A program made the position numbers and the translations under genes. Below are positions 48,141 through 60,030 of a DNA stretch of 64,000 bases, piece after piece. Under the pieces are notes generated by a model. The model made no database searches. It had not been told where the DNA came from and saw only the letters and a list, made by a program, of their open reading frames with translations. Each line of letters starts with the position of its first letter. The stretch's first letter is position 1. The DNA is from Eledone cirrhosa (taxonomy: Eukaryota): contig OZ024741.1 of assembly GCA_964016885.1 (NCBI GenBank), forward strand, positions 148,738,001 through 148,802,000. The letters are read 5' to 3'.

Positions 48141-49124
48141 CTGTTAATTATTAAGCTTGAAAGTATGTTTTAATAAGCATGTGTTTATTATCACTCATAT
48201 AAACTTAGCTGGCATAAATAAATGTTGTTTGTGGTGTGTGTGTGTGTTTGTGTTGGGCCCACAATAGTAATATCATTGGTTTGAATACTAGGCCAAACAG
48301 CGTGTTTTCTTGGGCAAGACTTCATTTCAAGTTGCTCCAGTCCACTTGAACTAAAAATCAACCCAGTATCAGTAGCTAGTGATTAACTCTGTGATGGACT
48401 GGTGCTCAGTTGAAGATGGAATTTTGTACTTCAAATCACTTAACACTATTGAGACAAGATAGGCTCTAGCCTGAAGGACATATAACTGTAATTTATGGAC
48501 AGTAACTCTACTATCATAATTTTAATAAAACAAATTGTTTTAGAGCCTATTTTCGGAAACACTGCATTATTGGAAGTATATTGTTGATCATTTATAGTGA
48601 AGTTAATCCAATTTTGGTTCTATATATGTTTTTTCGTTTTTATTTCCTGAATACACTTGGTTTTGTAAATAATTTTTGTAACTTCATTTCTATCTATTCT
48701 ATCAAGTTCTTAAGTATAATTTTCTAATCATAAATTCCATATCATCAATACCTATGCACACACACTAAATGTATGTATGGGCCTATAACACCTGATCTAG
48801 TCATAGGATGCCTTCATAGCTGGCATATTATAGAGGAAGGCCCAACTCCAGAGTGATTTGAACTCAGCTGGAGCAATATCACAAGGCAGTCTATTTGACA
48901 TTTTAACTACTCTGTCAATTCGCTACCTTAATATGTGTGTGTGTTAAATATATATCATTTAGCATGTGTTCCCCCTTTCCCATTTGTTTGTACATTTCTA
49001 CATGTTAGTCCCTATCCATTGTTCTCATGCGTGTGCCAGTTAATAAAACTTGTAGCTTCACTTCACTATAAGACACAATATATTTTCGAGGCCATAAGGC
49101 TGTGTGTTTTTATCTGCTCACTCA

Positions 49125-49210
49125 AGTTGAGCCAATGAAGCCAGTCTCAGCTGTGCCATTCCCATTTATTGCTCTTTATAAAATTTCACAAAATGCAACA
49201 GCTGGCAACA
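49125..49210 (+). promoter_or_regulatory. Candidate internal Pol II promoter (CCAAT, TATA, two E-boxes)
   Basis: CCAAT 49132-49136, CAGCTG 49148-49153, TATAAAA 49177-49183, CAGCTG 49199-49204; motif evidence only. Confidence 0.3.
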
Positions 49211-49918
49211 ATTTTATTGAACATTATTTTTCCAACTGATAAAAGAATAAATAATATTTTTTTCCATGTGTGTATGTATGCTGTTATTATTTCAATTAGA
49301 TATTTTCTAATTCATAATGAAATAGTATATTTTAAAAAATAGGTGACTTGCATTTGCTTACTTTTGTTTTCTTTTTCTTTTGTGTTTATAAATATATCTA
49401 AATGTATTTTCTTGCTGTCCCAGGCTTTAGCAGTTTCAAGTAGTCTTTATAATTGTGTCATGAGCTTACTGGAAGTAGAGGTTGCTTGCTGACTTATTAG
49501 AAATAGTTCAATCAATAGTTAAACTGACCTTTACGTTATATTGTTATAATGGTTAGTCTTAAAGACTTCCTGGCTTCAGAAATACCATGTTTGTTGATAG
49601 AGAACAACACATCATTTCAATTGGGAGTGATTGGAGGAAGTTTTGAAGTGTTTGCAATAATTAGCTGATTTTAGTTTTTTGGGGGTTTTTTTGCACTATA
49701 TTTACTTTCTATTGGAGATCAACTGTAGGAATATGAAAGTGTTTCATTCTTTGTAATATATTTTTTTGTTTTGCTCACATTAAGATTGAACTTGGAATAT
49801 GGATAAAAAGTAACCGTATATATATTTTTGAGTTGCAATGCTGTCAGGTTTATATTTTCTCTAAAATAAGTTTAAACTTATGTTTTATTGTTAGTTTTTT
49901 TGCAAACAATTATTTTAA

Positions 49919-49960
49919 ATGGATTACATTGAGTTAAAGCCATTACAATTTTACCATGAG
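49919..49960 (+). CDS. Candidate alternative first coding exon (MDYIELKPLQFYHE) of the E-protein gene
   Basis: ATG directly after an in-frame TAA, 14 open codons, then consensus phase-0 donor GAG|GTAAGT, in apparently non-repetitive sequence; no transcript evidence. Confidence 0.45.
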
Positions 49961-50452
49961 GTAAGTAAGTTCATTTCTAACTTTGCCCCATATGTAAAGT
50001 AATGTGAAATAGTATTGTTGTTCAAAGTATATCTTAATAGTGAAGACACGTGGTCTATTGGTTAGGGTGTCGTATCATGATTGTAAGTAAATTCATGTGT
50101 TTAATTCCTGTACGCGGCAACGTATTGTGTTCTTGAACAAGATATTTCATTTTATGTTACTTTTCGTGATAGGTTTTTGACCTCCTCTCATTAAAAACTT
50201 GAGAAGTTTCCTTTGAAGTGTAATCTTATAGGAGACAACTAAATCTACATCGGTGTGAGCTGTAAATCCCTTTTAGGGATTTAGTAAAATACATTACTTT
50301 TAGTTAGTGTTTGGAGCATAACTTTATAAAAGTTTTTTTTAATGCAATTATGGTTTTAATTTAAATACAAACATTTTGAAATAGATAGTTTTGTGTCATA
50401 AAATAAGGGTGTTCTCAGTTGGCCTGTTAAATTTTATTTTTTCATAATTTAA

Positions 50453-50617
50453 CCCTTTAGCATTTGCATTACTCTATATTTACTATTATATTTTTGTAGT
50501 AAAGGCTAATATTGAATCTATGAGATTTTGATATTATGAGTGGCCAGTTATGGCCGGTTTGAACAGAAAGAGGTGAGAGAATTCTGGCTGGATACAGCCA
50601 GTTTAAATGCTAAAGGG
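50453..50617. mobile_element. Short piggyBac-type MITE
   Basis: TTAA|CCCTTTAGCATTT ... AAATGCTAAAGGG|TTAA perfect TIRs; second copy at ~39172-39394. Confidence 0.85.
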
Positions 50618-50924
50618 TTAAACTCCTTTTTTGTATAATTTAGTTCAGTACATGAGGTATATTTCCTTATTAATAAATTGTTGGTTATATTTCAGTCATG
50701 TTTAAGTTACCTTACTAGTTTTATGCAATCTTTGCTTTCCTGTTTCCCAAATTAATTCTTATTGTTTTTGTATTATTAAAGTTTAGATTATCTGAAATAT
50801 AATAATAACTGTATATATAATTTTATGCTGTACACCATATTTCTATTGTAAGAGGCATCTGAAAGTATTGTAGCTAAAAGGGGCATCTAATTGTAAAAGA
50901 TTACCTATGAAGTTTTTCTTTATT

Positions 50925-51142
50925 GTTGAGACACTGCATCCTTTAAAAGATCCATGCTTCCTGAGATTCGCCAACACTACACCTAATATACCCCCTCCAT
51001 ACACACACACACATGTATATCATGACTCATACACTATTCACTTCCCTGACATTTGTATATTATTCTATGTACTATACATGCACCTTTGACGAGTTGTAGT
51101 GCATCTGAGCACTGTACACAATAATTTCATTATCATTATCAT
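50925..51142 (+). mobile_element. CR1 LINE 3' UTR fragment
   Basis: Matches the reverse complement of ~30582-30795 (long-UTR variant). Confidence 0.8.
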
Positions 51143-52723
51143 TTTATGCTATGTTATAATCATTATTGCTGTTCATACTTGAATGGCATATTTCTAATGA
51201 AATCCACTGCCTTTCTGAAAATAATCAAGCATTTGGAAATGTTTAGTAATATTACAATCTTGTTATTACAAAGCTGGTGTTTGGGACATTACTTAACAAA
51301 GGTCCTTACATAAAGTTATGATGGGAAGTTTTGATTTAAATATGAATGCTTTGAAACAAACATTTTTGTCTTATAGAATAAGAAATGGTCTCAGGTGGGG
51401 TGGTATTGTATTGAAGGATTAAATGTCTGCTGAATGGCCTCCTTTCCAGTCTTTAACTGAAAATATTTTTTTTTTTACTCCATCTTGCTTTAGCTTTAAT
51501 TAGTGATACATTTATTAAGTCTTCATCTACAATTAACAACCCTCACATTTTTTCAGCAGGTGATATTTCATGTTTGGAAATCTCTGACAGAAATTTATTT
51601 TTAATAAACTTTCCCTCCACAATCTATGTTAAGGATTCTTTTGTTATTATTGTTATAAAGCACAAGGATAGCTGTATGGTTATGAACTTTGCATTGCAAC
51701 TATATATGGTTTTGTGTTCGGTGTCACTGCATGGCACCTTGGTTGACCAATGACTCGTGAATATAATTGGTTGATAGAAACTGTGTATATGTATGTGTCC
51801 CCAGTAACTTACTGGTTCAACAGAGATCAATAAAATAAATACCAACTATACCCCTTTTCCTAATAAAGTGTGGATTTGTGCACAAACACATACATACACA
51901 ACATAAACATTTCTTTCTCATTTGCAACACCACATTCACCTCTATGTAGCTCTAGTGTAGCAGTATTGATGATGATGATGATGTTGTTTTTTTGTGTGTG
52001 TGTGAAAATCTGTTCTGCTTCTGTGTGTATGTATTATGTATGTTTGTGTATACTATATGTAAGATGTGTATGTGTATGTGCGTATACACTGAGGTGTTTG
52101 GAAATTTATGCTACTTATGTATGTGTGTGTACACTATATATATAGAGAATCTGAAGGCCTCTTACTTATGTATATGTGTATTTACACTATATGTAGGATG
52201 TGGAAATGTGTACTGTTAAGTGCGCTACATCTATATGTATGTTTTGTGTGTGTGCCTTCAATTCTGTTGTGGCAGCTTTAAATAGTTGGATTAAAATTAA
52301 CACACTTAGAATTGGGCATATTATCACTTATTCACTACACAATACCAGAACACTTGTTAAAGACTCTCTTTTACTTCACTGAAGCAAACTATATTAAGTA
52401 AACTCTACTGGTAATATTCCCTTGCCCTGTAAAATTACAATAATTTATTAAAATTCATGTTTGGTTAATAGACTAATGACAGGGAATTCACATTCAGAAA
52501 CTCTTTAATTATTTTTATTCTGGTTTCAGTCATCAGCATGCTGTTTTAAAAGGATTGAGTTAAATCTTATTGACCTCAGTGGTTATAAATCTGTTTACTA
52601 TTTTGTCATTGTATTACTTTAGTGATTTCAGATCAACTCTGTTGATTAAGTTGCTAATATATTGGACAAAGACATGGACAAACAGGACATACACTCACAT
52701 TCTTCATTATTTTCATAATTATT

Positions 52724-52908
52724 GGGCGGTGAATTGGCAGTATCCGTAGAGAGTCGGACGCCATGCTTTCTAGCATAGTTACGTCCCTTTGCGGTCTGAG
52801 TTCAAATCCCGTCTAGATTAACTTTGCCTTACATCCTTACGGGGTCGATAAAATAAAGTACCAGTAATGCACTAGGTATTTGCTGGCCATGTGCCAAAAG
52901 TAGAAACA
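52724..52908 (+). mobile_element. SINE family B with 18-bp target-site duplication
   Basis: Same body as 18089; ATTATTTTCATAATTATT at 52706-52723 and 52909-52926. Other copies at ~8969-9188, 14474-14650, 27343-27560, 33478-33665, 53890-54050. Confidence 0.9.
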
Positions 52909-55370
52909 ATTATTTTCATAATTATTTGAAAACTATCTACAGCACTTTCATTAGAAGATTGGTAAGAAAAGGTTTAGTTACAGTTGTAGTGAAAATTTCC
53001 TCACAAAATTCTATTCTATTAATTAACATTATATAATGATCATGATGAGGATGGTGATGATGAATCCAGTTTATACTGTCATCTATTTCATCTCCCTGTT
53101 ATCTGACTATATTGTATATTGTATTACAAGATTATTTTTTTAAGATCCATTAAATCCTTTTAAATATGAAAAGGCGAGTTAGAGCATTCTATTAAAAATT
53201 TGGTTTTCCTTGTGAACATGTGTTTCTAGCAAGTTTTGCAACATGGTATTACTTCAACGGTTCCATTTTTTAACTAGGTTTGTTAGATTGGTAAATCTCT
53301 CCAAATTCTTGATTATTTTCAAAATTGAATGAAAGTTACATGCAGTGTCTTTCATTAGAAGTCTGGTAACTGAAGTAGTGGATTACAGTCCTTGATAATA
53401 GTACTAGGTATGGTTCTCACTCACACAATTATAAACTAGCAATAGTGTTAACACAGTGTAATTCGGAATAAAGACATATATAGAGCCATATATAATATGT
53501 TTAGAGGTCTCTTTATTCTGAATAACATTGTTAGTGCTTTCCTAGACAAGCTTGAACTATATATAAACTTTCAACAAAAATACAGAATATTTAGCTTTTC
53601 ATCTCTCAGTATCTCAGAGTTGGTAAATATCTGCTAATGGTGGATAATAAATCTGAAATACATGTGTACAGTACTCTCACACTAATACTGTGGTAGCTGT
53701 GGTATGAACACAGTTTAAAATACAGTGAGACTATGTGTATGTTTACTACACATAAACATATTGTAAAATCCATACACACTTTTATGAACCATTATTTTTT
53801 CTCTATTTCCAAATATATTGATAGAAACGTGTTATGTAAAATAAACCATCTTACTTTTATTTTGAAGAAAAAGTCTTTTTAAAAGAATTTGGGGAATTGG
53901 CAGAGTATCACAGCGTTATATTAAATGCCTCTGTATTTATCCCCTTTTTCCACACTGAGTTCAAATTTCATCGAGGTCAACGTTGCTTTTCATCCTTTCG
54001 GAGTCGGTGAAGTATCTATCAAGTACTGGGATCGATATAATCGATTCTTTCCTCTCTTCACATCATCATCATATTTTACGACTAAAGTGTGTCGTATACA
54101 CAGAAAAACACAGTAGTAGTTTTCAAGAAAAGATAATCTATGCTTACTTAGAACTAGTTGTCTCCCTTGTATTACATTATTACTAAATATTTAAACTAAC
54201 TTGGATTAACTTTTTACGTGGATTATATTTATTTTATTGCTAGTTTATATTTATTTTTTATTCCACTCTCACTATCATGAGGGATGGTATTGATTTTACT
54301 ACTAATAAAAAATAAATGGAATAATAATTTAGACAGTGTCTCTTATGGTAACAAAAGGTTTAGTTGTAGCAAAGTGGGAGTGAACATCATCTCACAAAAT
54401 CTTATTCAATTAATTAACATTACATATGATCATGATGAGGATGGTGATGGTGAATCCAGTTTATACTGATATGTATTTCATCTCCCTGTTATTTGACTAT
54501 ATTGTATCTTTCATTAGAAATATAGTTGTGAACGGATACTTATAAACCTAAGTGTTTAGATTTATTTAAAAACCTATCATAATTTTATGTAACAACCTTT
54601 GTTAAGTTATGTTTCAAGCTCTAGATAAATAATGAGAAAGTTATATTACTTTTGAATGTTGATTATTTAAAAAAAATTATTTGAAAATCCTAGACAATGT
54701 CTCTTATTATTAGAAATATGGTAATAAAGGGTTTAGACATAATTGTTGCAAAGAGGGGGTGAAGAGCTATAGTGAACGTTTTCTTACAAAATCTTCCTTT
54801 ATTAATTAATGTTACCTAATGATCATGATGAGGATGGTGATGATGAATCCAATTTCTACTGACATATATTTCATCTCCCTGTTATCTGACTATATTGTAT
54901 ATTACAACATTAATGGTGTCTTTCATTAGAAATATGGTTGTGAAAGGGTTACAATAACATATCACTTTACAAAGAAACACCACTGTTTAGTTAAATGTAA
55001 GGTTGCTATTGAAAGTGTTTAAATTTATCTAAACAGCTACCACCATGATTTTATATAAGAAACTTTGTTACATTATATTACAAACACCAGAAATAATGAA
55101 AAAGTTATATTACTTAATCAATCCAAAATCTTGATTATTTAAAAAATTATTAGGGAATCATAGGTAGTATCATCCATAAGGAATATGGTAATAAAAGGGT
55201 TGTATTCTAAACACCAGCTTAATGAAAAAGCTAATTCCTTACAAGTTCCCTCTAAAATTTTGATTATCTTCACAATTATTTGAAAATTATTGACAGTGCC
55301 TTTCATTAGAAATTTAATAACAAAAGCATAAGTTATGTTGTAAGCATTAGCTTAATAGCGAAAAAGTTAT
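52900..55370. repeat. Diverged, irregular precursor copies of the tandem unit
   Basis: Marker CATGATGAGGATGGTGAT...CTCCCTGTTAT at 53041, 54431 and 54824, among piggyBac-MITE fragments. Confidence 0.8.
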
Positions 55371-55825
55371 AGTACTAAATCCTCTCTACATCTTGATTAT
55401 TTTCAAAAATTATTTGAAAATCCTAGCCAGTGTCTCTTATTAGAAATATGGTAACAAAAGGTTTAGTCACAATTGAAACAAAGAGGTAGTGAACAGTTGT
55501 AGTAAACATTTTCTCACAAAATCTTACACTATTAATTAACATTACATAATGATCATGATGAGGATGGTGATGATGAATCCAGTTTCAACTGACATGTATT
55601 TCATCTCCCTGTTATCTGACTATATTGTATTACAACATTAATAGTGTCTTTCATTAGAAATACGGTTGTGAAAGGGTTTAAATAAAAAATAAATGTCATT
55701 TTACTAAGAAACCTAAAAACATTGCTGTTGCTTTCCATTGACTGCTGTGCAGTCTTGCTTGTTTGGAACTATACATATATACACGCACGCACATACATAC
55801 ATACATACATACATACATACATACA

Positions 55826-56726
55826 TGGTGGCTGCCAACTCGTTTTCGAGTACGGCCACTACTTTATATCCATGTAGGAGAACTCCTACCGATGCCCTGA
55901 ACAAGTGTGACTTTTTAGTCCAGCCAGCGACTTGAAAACTCTGGTACAAACACTACACTTGTGACAATTATATATATATATACATACATACATACATATG
56001 CACATATATATACATACACACATACATACATACATACATAAACATGCATATACATACACATATACATACATACATACATAGACACACACATACATATGCA
56101 TACATATATATACATACATGGTGGCTGCCAACTCGTTTTCGAGTACGGCCACTACTTTATATCCATGTAGGAGAACCCCTACCGAACCGCTGAACGAGTG
56201 TGACTTTTTAGTCCAGCCAGCGACTTGAAAACTCTGGTACAAACACTACACTTGTGACAATTATTGACACATAGTGCTGGGCCCATGATACCATTTGACG
56301 ACAAGTGCAGAGAGATCTCCAGATATAAAGCAATGCCTGTGCCGTGAAGGTTTTATAGTGAGCAAAGGCACTGCACAAAGCCAGTCCCACTCTCTTAACC
56401 AAGATGATATTTACCAAAAAGAAGAACAAGTCAACATCATTGGATACCATCAGGGTTGCAGGTGTTATATCAGAGTTTTCCTTCTCCTAGAATTCTGCCT
56501 TGGCAAAGGCTAAGGGGTCATCTCTCCTGGTGATTTTGGATGGCCATTGACTCTAAAGAGCTCCTTTGCCCTTTGACAGGTTTTGTTTTTAGCCCTGCAG
56601 GATGTCCAAAGTCACCCTCCTCACCAAGAAACCTTGGTGGGGTTGCCAGTTTAGTCGCCAACGACCCGGCCATGAGACGGGTTGTACTGGGATACATGTT
56701 ACCAGTAGCACCAACTGGTGACCTGA
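55826..56726 (-). mobile_element. Two tandem insertions of a non-autonomous LINE derivative (~145-bp 3' stub at 55826-55968; ~600-bp copy at 56119-56726) in a (CATA)n tract
   Basis: Duplicated 3' end encoding HKCSVCTRVFKSLAGLKSH (C2H2-like), (ATGT)n tail; GC-rich 5' part with CTAGGAGAAGGAAAACTCTG, a motif I associate with RTE-type 5' UTRs. Confidence 0.6.
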
Positions 56727-56758
56727 CATACATACATACATACATACATATATGTACA

Positions 56759-57081
56759 TAGTGGAACCTCGGTTCATGAAAGCCTCTCATGGTCAATTTG
56801 GTTCAAGACCAACTCTTCTGAACATAAAAACGGCTTAGTTGATGAACGATGTCTCAAGTAATGAACATAAGCTGGCAACAAGCTGGGAGTACCAGTGGGA
56901 AAGCATCACTTGCTGTGTAGTTAGTTACTATGGTGATATCAATCTGTCTTTCACACAGTCTCTTTCTCATTGTATTTCTCTCTCAACATTTTGTATAGGG
57001 AAAATAGTTTCAGTTTATGAACATTTTGGATTACAAACGGCCTTCGGGAACAAATTAAGTTCATGAACCGAGGTACCGCTG
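56759..57081. mobile_element. Tigger/pogo-like MITE (~325 bp), one per array unit
   Basis: TIRs TAGTGGAACCTCGGTTCATGAA and TTCATGAACCGAGGTACCGCTG, followed by TA. Confidence 0.8.
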
Positions 57082-57977
57082 TATATATATATATATGCTT
57101 GAAGTCACTGGCCAGTACCATCATTTGTTTGTTTTTCCTTTAACCCATTTGATACCAAAGCATCTGAAACCACCTGTTTTACAATACAAGGTTGTTTATA
57201 TTTGAAGGGTTTGGATCATCTAGAAACTTTCAATCATATTTTAATGTAAGAAAAAACCTTTGTTAGTTTATGTTCCAAACATCAGATAAATATTGAAAAA
57301 GTTAGTTATAGTACTGAATCTTCTCTACATCTTGATTATTTTCAAAAATTACTTGAAAATCCTAGACAGTGTCTCTTATTAGAAATATGGTAAGAAAAGG
57401 TTTAGTCATAATTGTAGCAAAGAGAGAGTGAACATTTCCTCGCAAAATCCTACCCTATTAATTAACATTACATAATGATCATGATGAGGATGGTGATGAT
57501 GAATCCAGTTTCTACTGACATGTATTTCATCTCCCTGTTATCTGACTATATTGTATTACATGAATGACGTGTTTCATTAGAAATATGGTTGTGAAAGAGC
57601 TAAAATAAAAAATAAATGTCATTTTACTAAGAAACCCAAAAACATTGCTGTTGCTTTCCATTGACTGCTGTGCAGTCTTGCTTGCTTGGAACTATACATA
57701 TATACACACACGCGCACACATACATACATACACATAGTGGAACCTCTGTTCACGAAACCCTCTCATGGTCAATTTGGTCCATGACCAACTCTTCTGAACA
57801 TAAAAACGGCTCAGTTGATGAACGATGTCTCAAGTAATGAACACACAAGCTGGCAACAAGCCGGGAGTACCAGCGGGAATGCATCACTTGCTGTGTAGTT
57901 AGTAACTATGGTGATATCAATCTGTCTTTCACACACAGTCTCTTTCTCATTGTATTTCTCTCTCAACATTTTGTATA

Positions 57978-60030
57978 ATAATAATGAAATTATTGTGTAA
58001 AGTGCTCAGGTGCACTACAACTCGTCAATATAGTACATAGAATAATACACAAATGCCAGGGAAGTACATGTTTGTATGTGTTAGCTGTAGTGTTGGCGGA
58101 TCTCGGGAAGCATGGAGGCCTTAAAGGATGCAGTGTCTCGACAGCTAACAACTGATGCAGGTAGTTTGTTCCATGCTTCAGCAACTCTGAGCGTGAAAAA
58201 ATGTTTCCGAAAGTCATGGGAACTGTGCTGTTTTCTTACTTTGTGGGCATGTCCACGTGTGTTAGACACATGGAAATCGAAAAGGCACTCAGGGTTGTTG
58301 TTGGCAACATGGTTAACAATTTTGTGGGTGTTTACCAAGTCAGTTGCCAGGCGTCGGAGCTTCAATGAATCCATGCCCAGGGAAGCAAGGCGCTCAGAGT
58401 ATGGTAGATGCCTGATGGAGGGTATTCGCTTGGTTGCACGTCTCTGAACAGTTTCCAGGCGGTCAATGTCCTGAGCAAGATAGGGGTTCCAGACTGGTGA
58501 TGCAAATTCTAAGTGTGGTCGCACCATAGCTGTATACAGCCTTAAATAGATATCTGGAGAGCGGCTGACAAAGGTCTTGCTGAGTGATGCTAAGACACCC
58601 TCGGCCCTCTTGACAATTTTAGAGACGTGCCTCGTCCAACGCAAATCGCTGCTGACCGTAATGCCCAGGTCACGTTCACAGGAAGACTTCTTGATATTAG
58701 TGCTGTGGAGGGAGTATGTGGACGCTGGGTTTTTACTCCCAAAATGCATGGTGGTGCACTTGTCCACAGCTAGCTTGAGTTGCCAGTCTGAGATCCACTG
58801 TTGCATTGTGTCCAGGTCAGACTGCAAACAAGATCTATAGTGTTCAGGATCTGTCCTTTTTATCTCAAGGTACAGCTTGATGTCGTCTGCGTACTTTAGT
58901 ACCGTGGCATTCCTTAAGTTGGCATCTATGTCATTAATATATGCCACAAACAAAAGGGGGCCAAGAACAGATCCCTGAGGTACACCAGATGACATCTCAT
59001 ATGGTGAGGAATGCTGTCCCAGAACCGTGACTACCTCTCTTCGACTGAGAATGAAGGACTTCAACCAGTTAAAAAGATCATCCTTCACACCCATTGCAGA
59101 GAGTTTTGCCATAAGCCTTTTGTGCGGCACAGAATTGAAGGCCTTCGCAAAGTCAAGGTAAACAACATCCACCCATGAGCCGCCATCAGTGATCCGGGTG
59201 ATGTCCTCAAGAAACTCTATAAGTTGATCACAGCAGCTGGAGTTGGGGATAAATCCAAATTGCGAGGGCCGGATAAGACTGTGAGAGCTCCAGAAGTTCC
59301 AAAGTGTTTCTCTGACACAGGATTCCATCAGTTTGGCGATGCAACTAGTAAGACTGACTGGACGATAGTTCACAGGTGATGTGCGGTCACCCTTTTTGAA
59401 CAGAGGAATTACACTGGCAGTTTTCCACTGTTCTGGAGTAGCACACTGTTGTTCAGACAGAATTGGAAGAAGCGTGATAACTGGTGTAGAAGGAAGTACC
59501 CACCACGTTTAAGAAGCAGGTACGTAACACCATCAAGACCAGGAGAGGCATGGTTGCGTTTATTTTTTAGGTGACGTCGCAGCATTGCAGGTGTAAATTC
59601 CATGGTTGTAATAGAGTCCGGTGTCATAGGTGGTGGAGATGGTACACTCTGGTCTTCAATGGTGAAAATGCCTGCATAGCATTCAGCAATGAGCTCTGCG
59701 CATTCCTTGGGGTCGTCAGTAACCTGGCTTGTGTGGGGATTGCGAAGAGGACCAACTGGAGAGTGAGGCCTCTGCTTTGAGTGAACATACTTCCAGAACA
59801 CCTTACTGTCAGGGCTGGTTGCTATGCGCTGCTCAAATTGAAGCACTGCCTTTTTTGTCACCTGTTTGAGGTGGTTGGACGATCTATTTCGCCTCTTCCT
59901 ATTAATGTCTGATTTGTGAAGTTTGTACTCACGTTCAGCATTGCGCCGTTCTTTTCTGGCAAGACGGACTGCTGCAGTCTCCTAAATTGCGCTTTTAGGA
60001 TGTTTTTTCCGCTTACGTGGCACCGATGCT
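57978..60030 (-). mobile_element. Young 5'-truncated CR1-clade LINE (2053 bp) inserted in one array unit
   Basis: Unit sequence TTGTATA|GGGAAAATAG is split exactly; RT ORF 58081..59373 (NYRPVSLTS, YLDFAKAF, GVPQGSVLGP, YADD) is intact; upstream ORF 59409..59861 joins by one frameshift near 59445. Confidence 0.95.

Noticed and set aside
49424-49492. Acceptor-like tttcttgctgtcccag as the next coding exon
   Set aside because: Phase-0 reading ALAVSSSLYNCVMSLLEVEVAC* stops and does not resemble the expected VY.PS exon; could only be UTR
57480-57520. ATGATGA-GGAT...ATCC as a hammerhead core in the satellite unit
   Set aside because: The stem is followed by AGTT instead of GAAA, and no stems I or III were found
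30835-58840. Antisense ORFs over CR1 and RTE copies (30835..31095, 40815..41150, 42949..43362, 58112..58447)
   Set aside because: Shadow frames of LINE coding sequence
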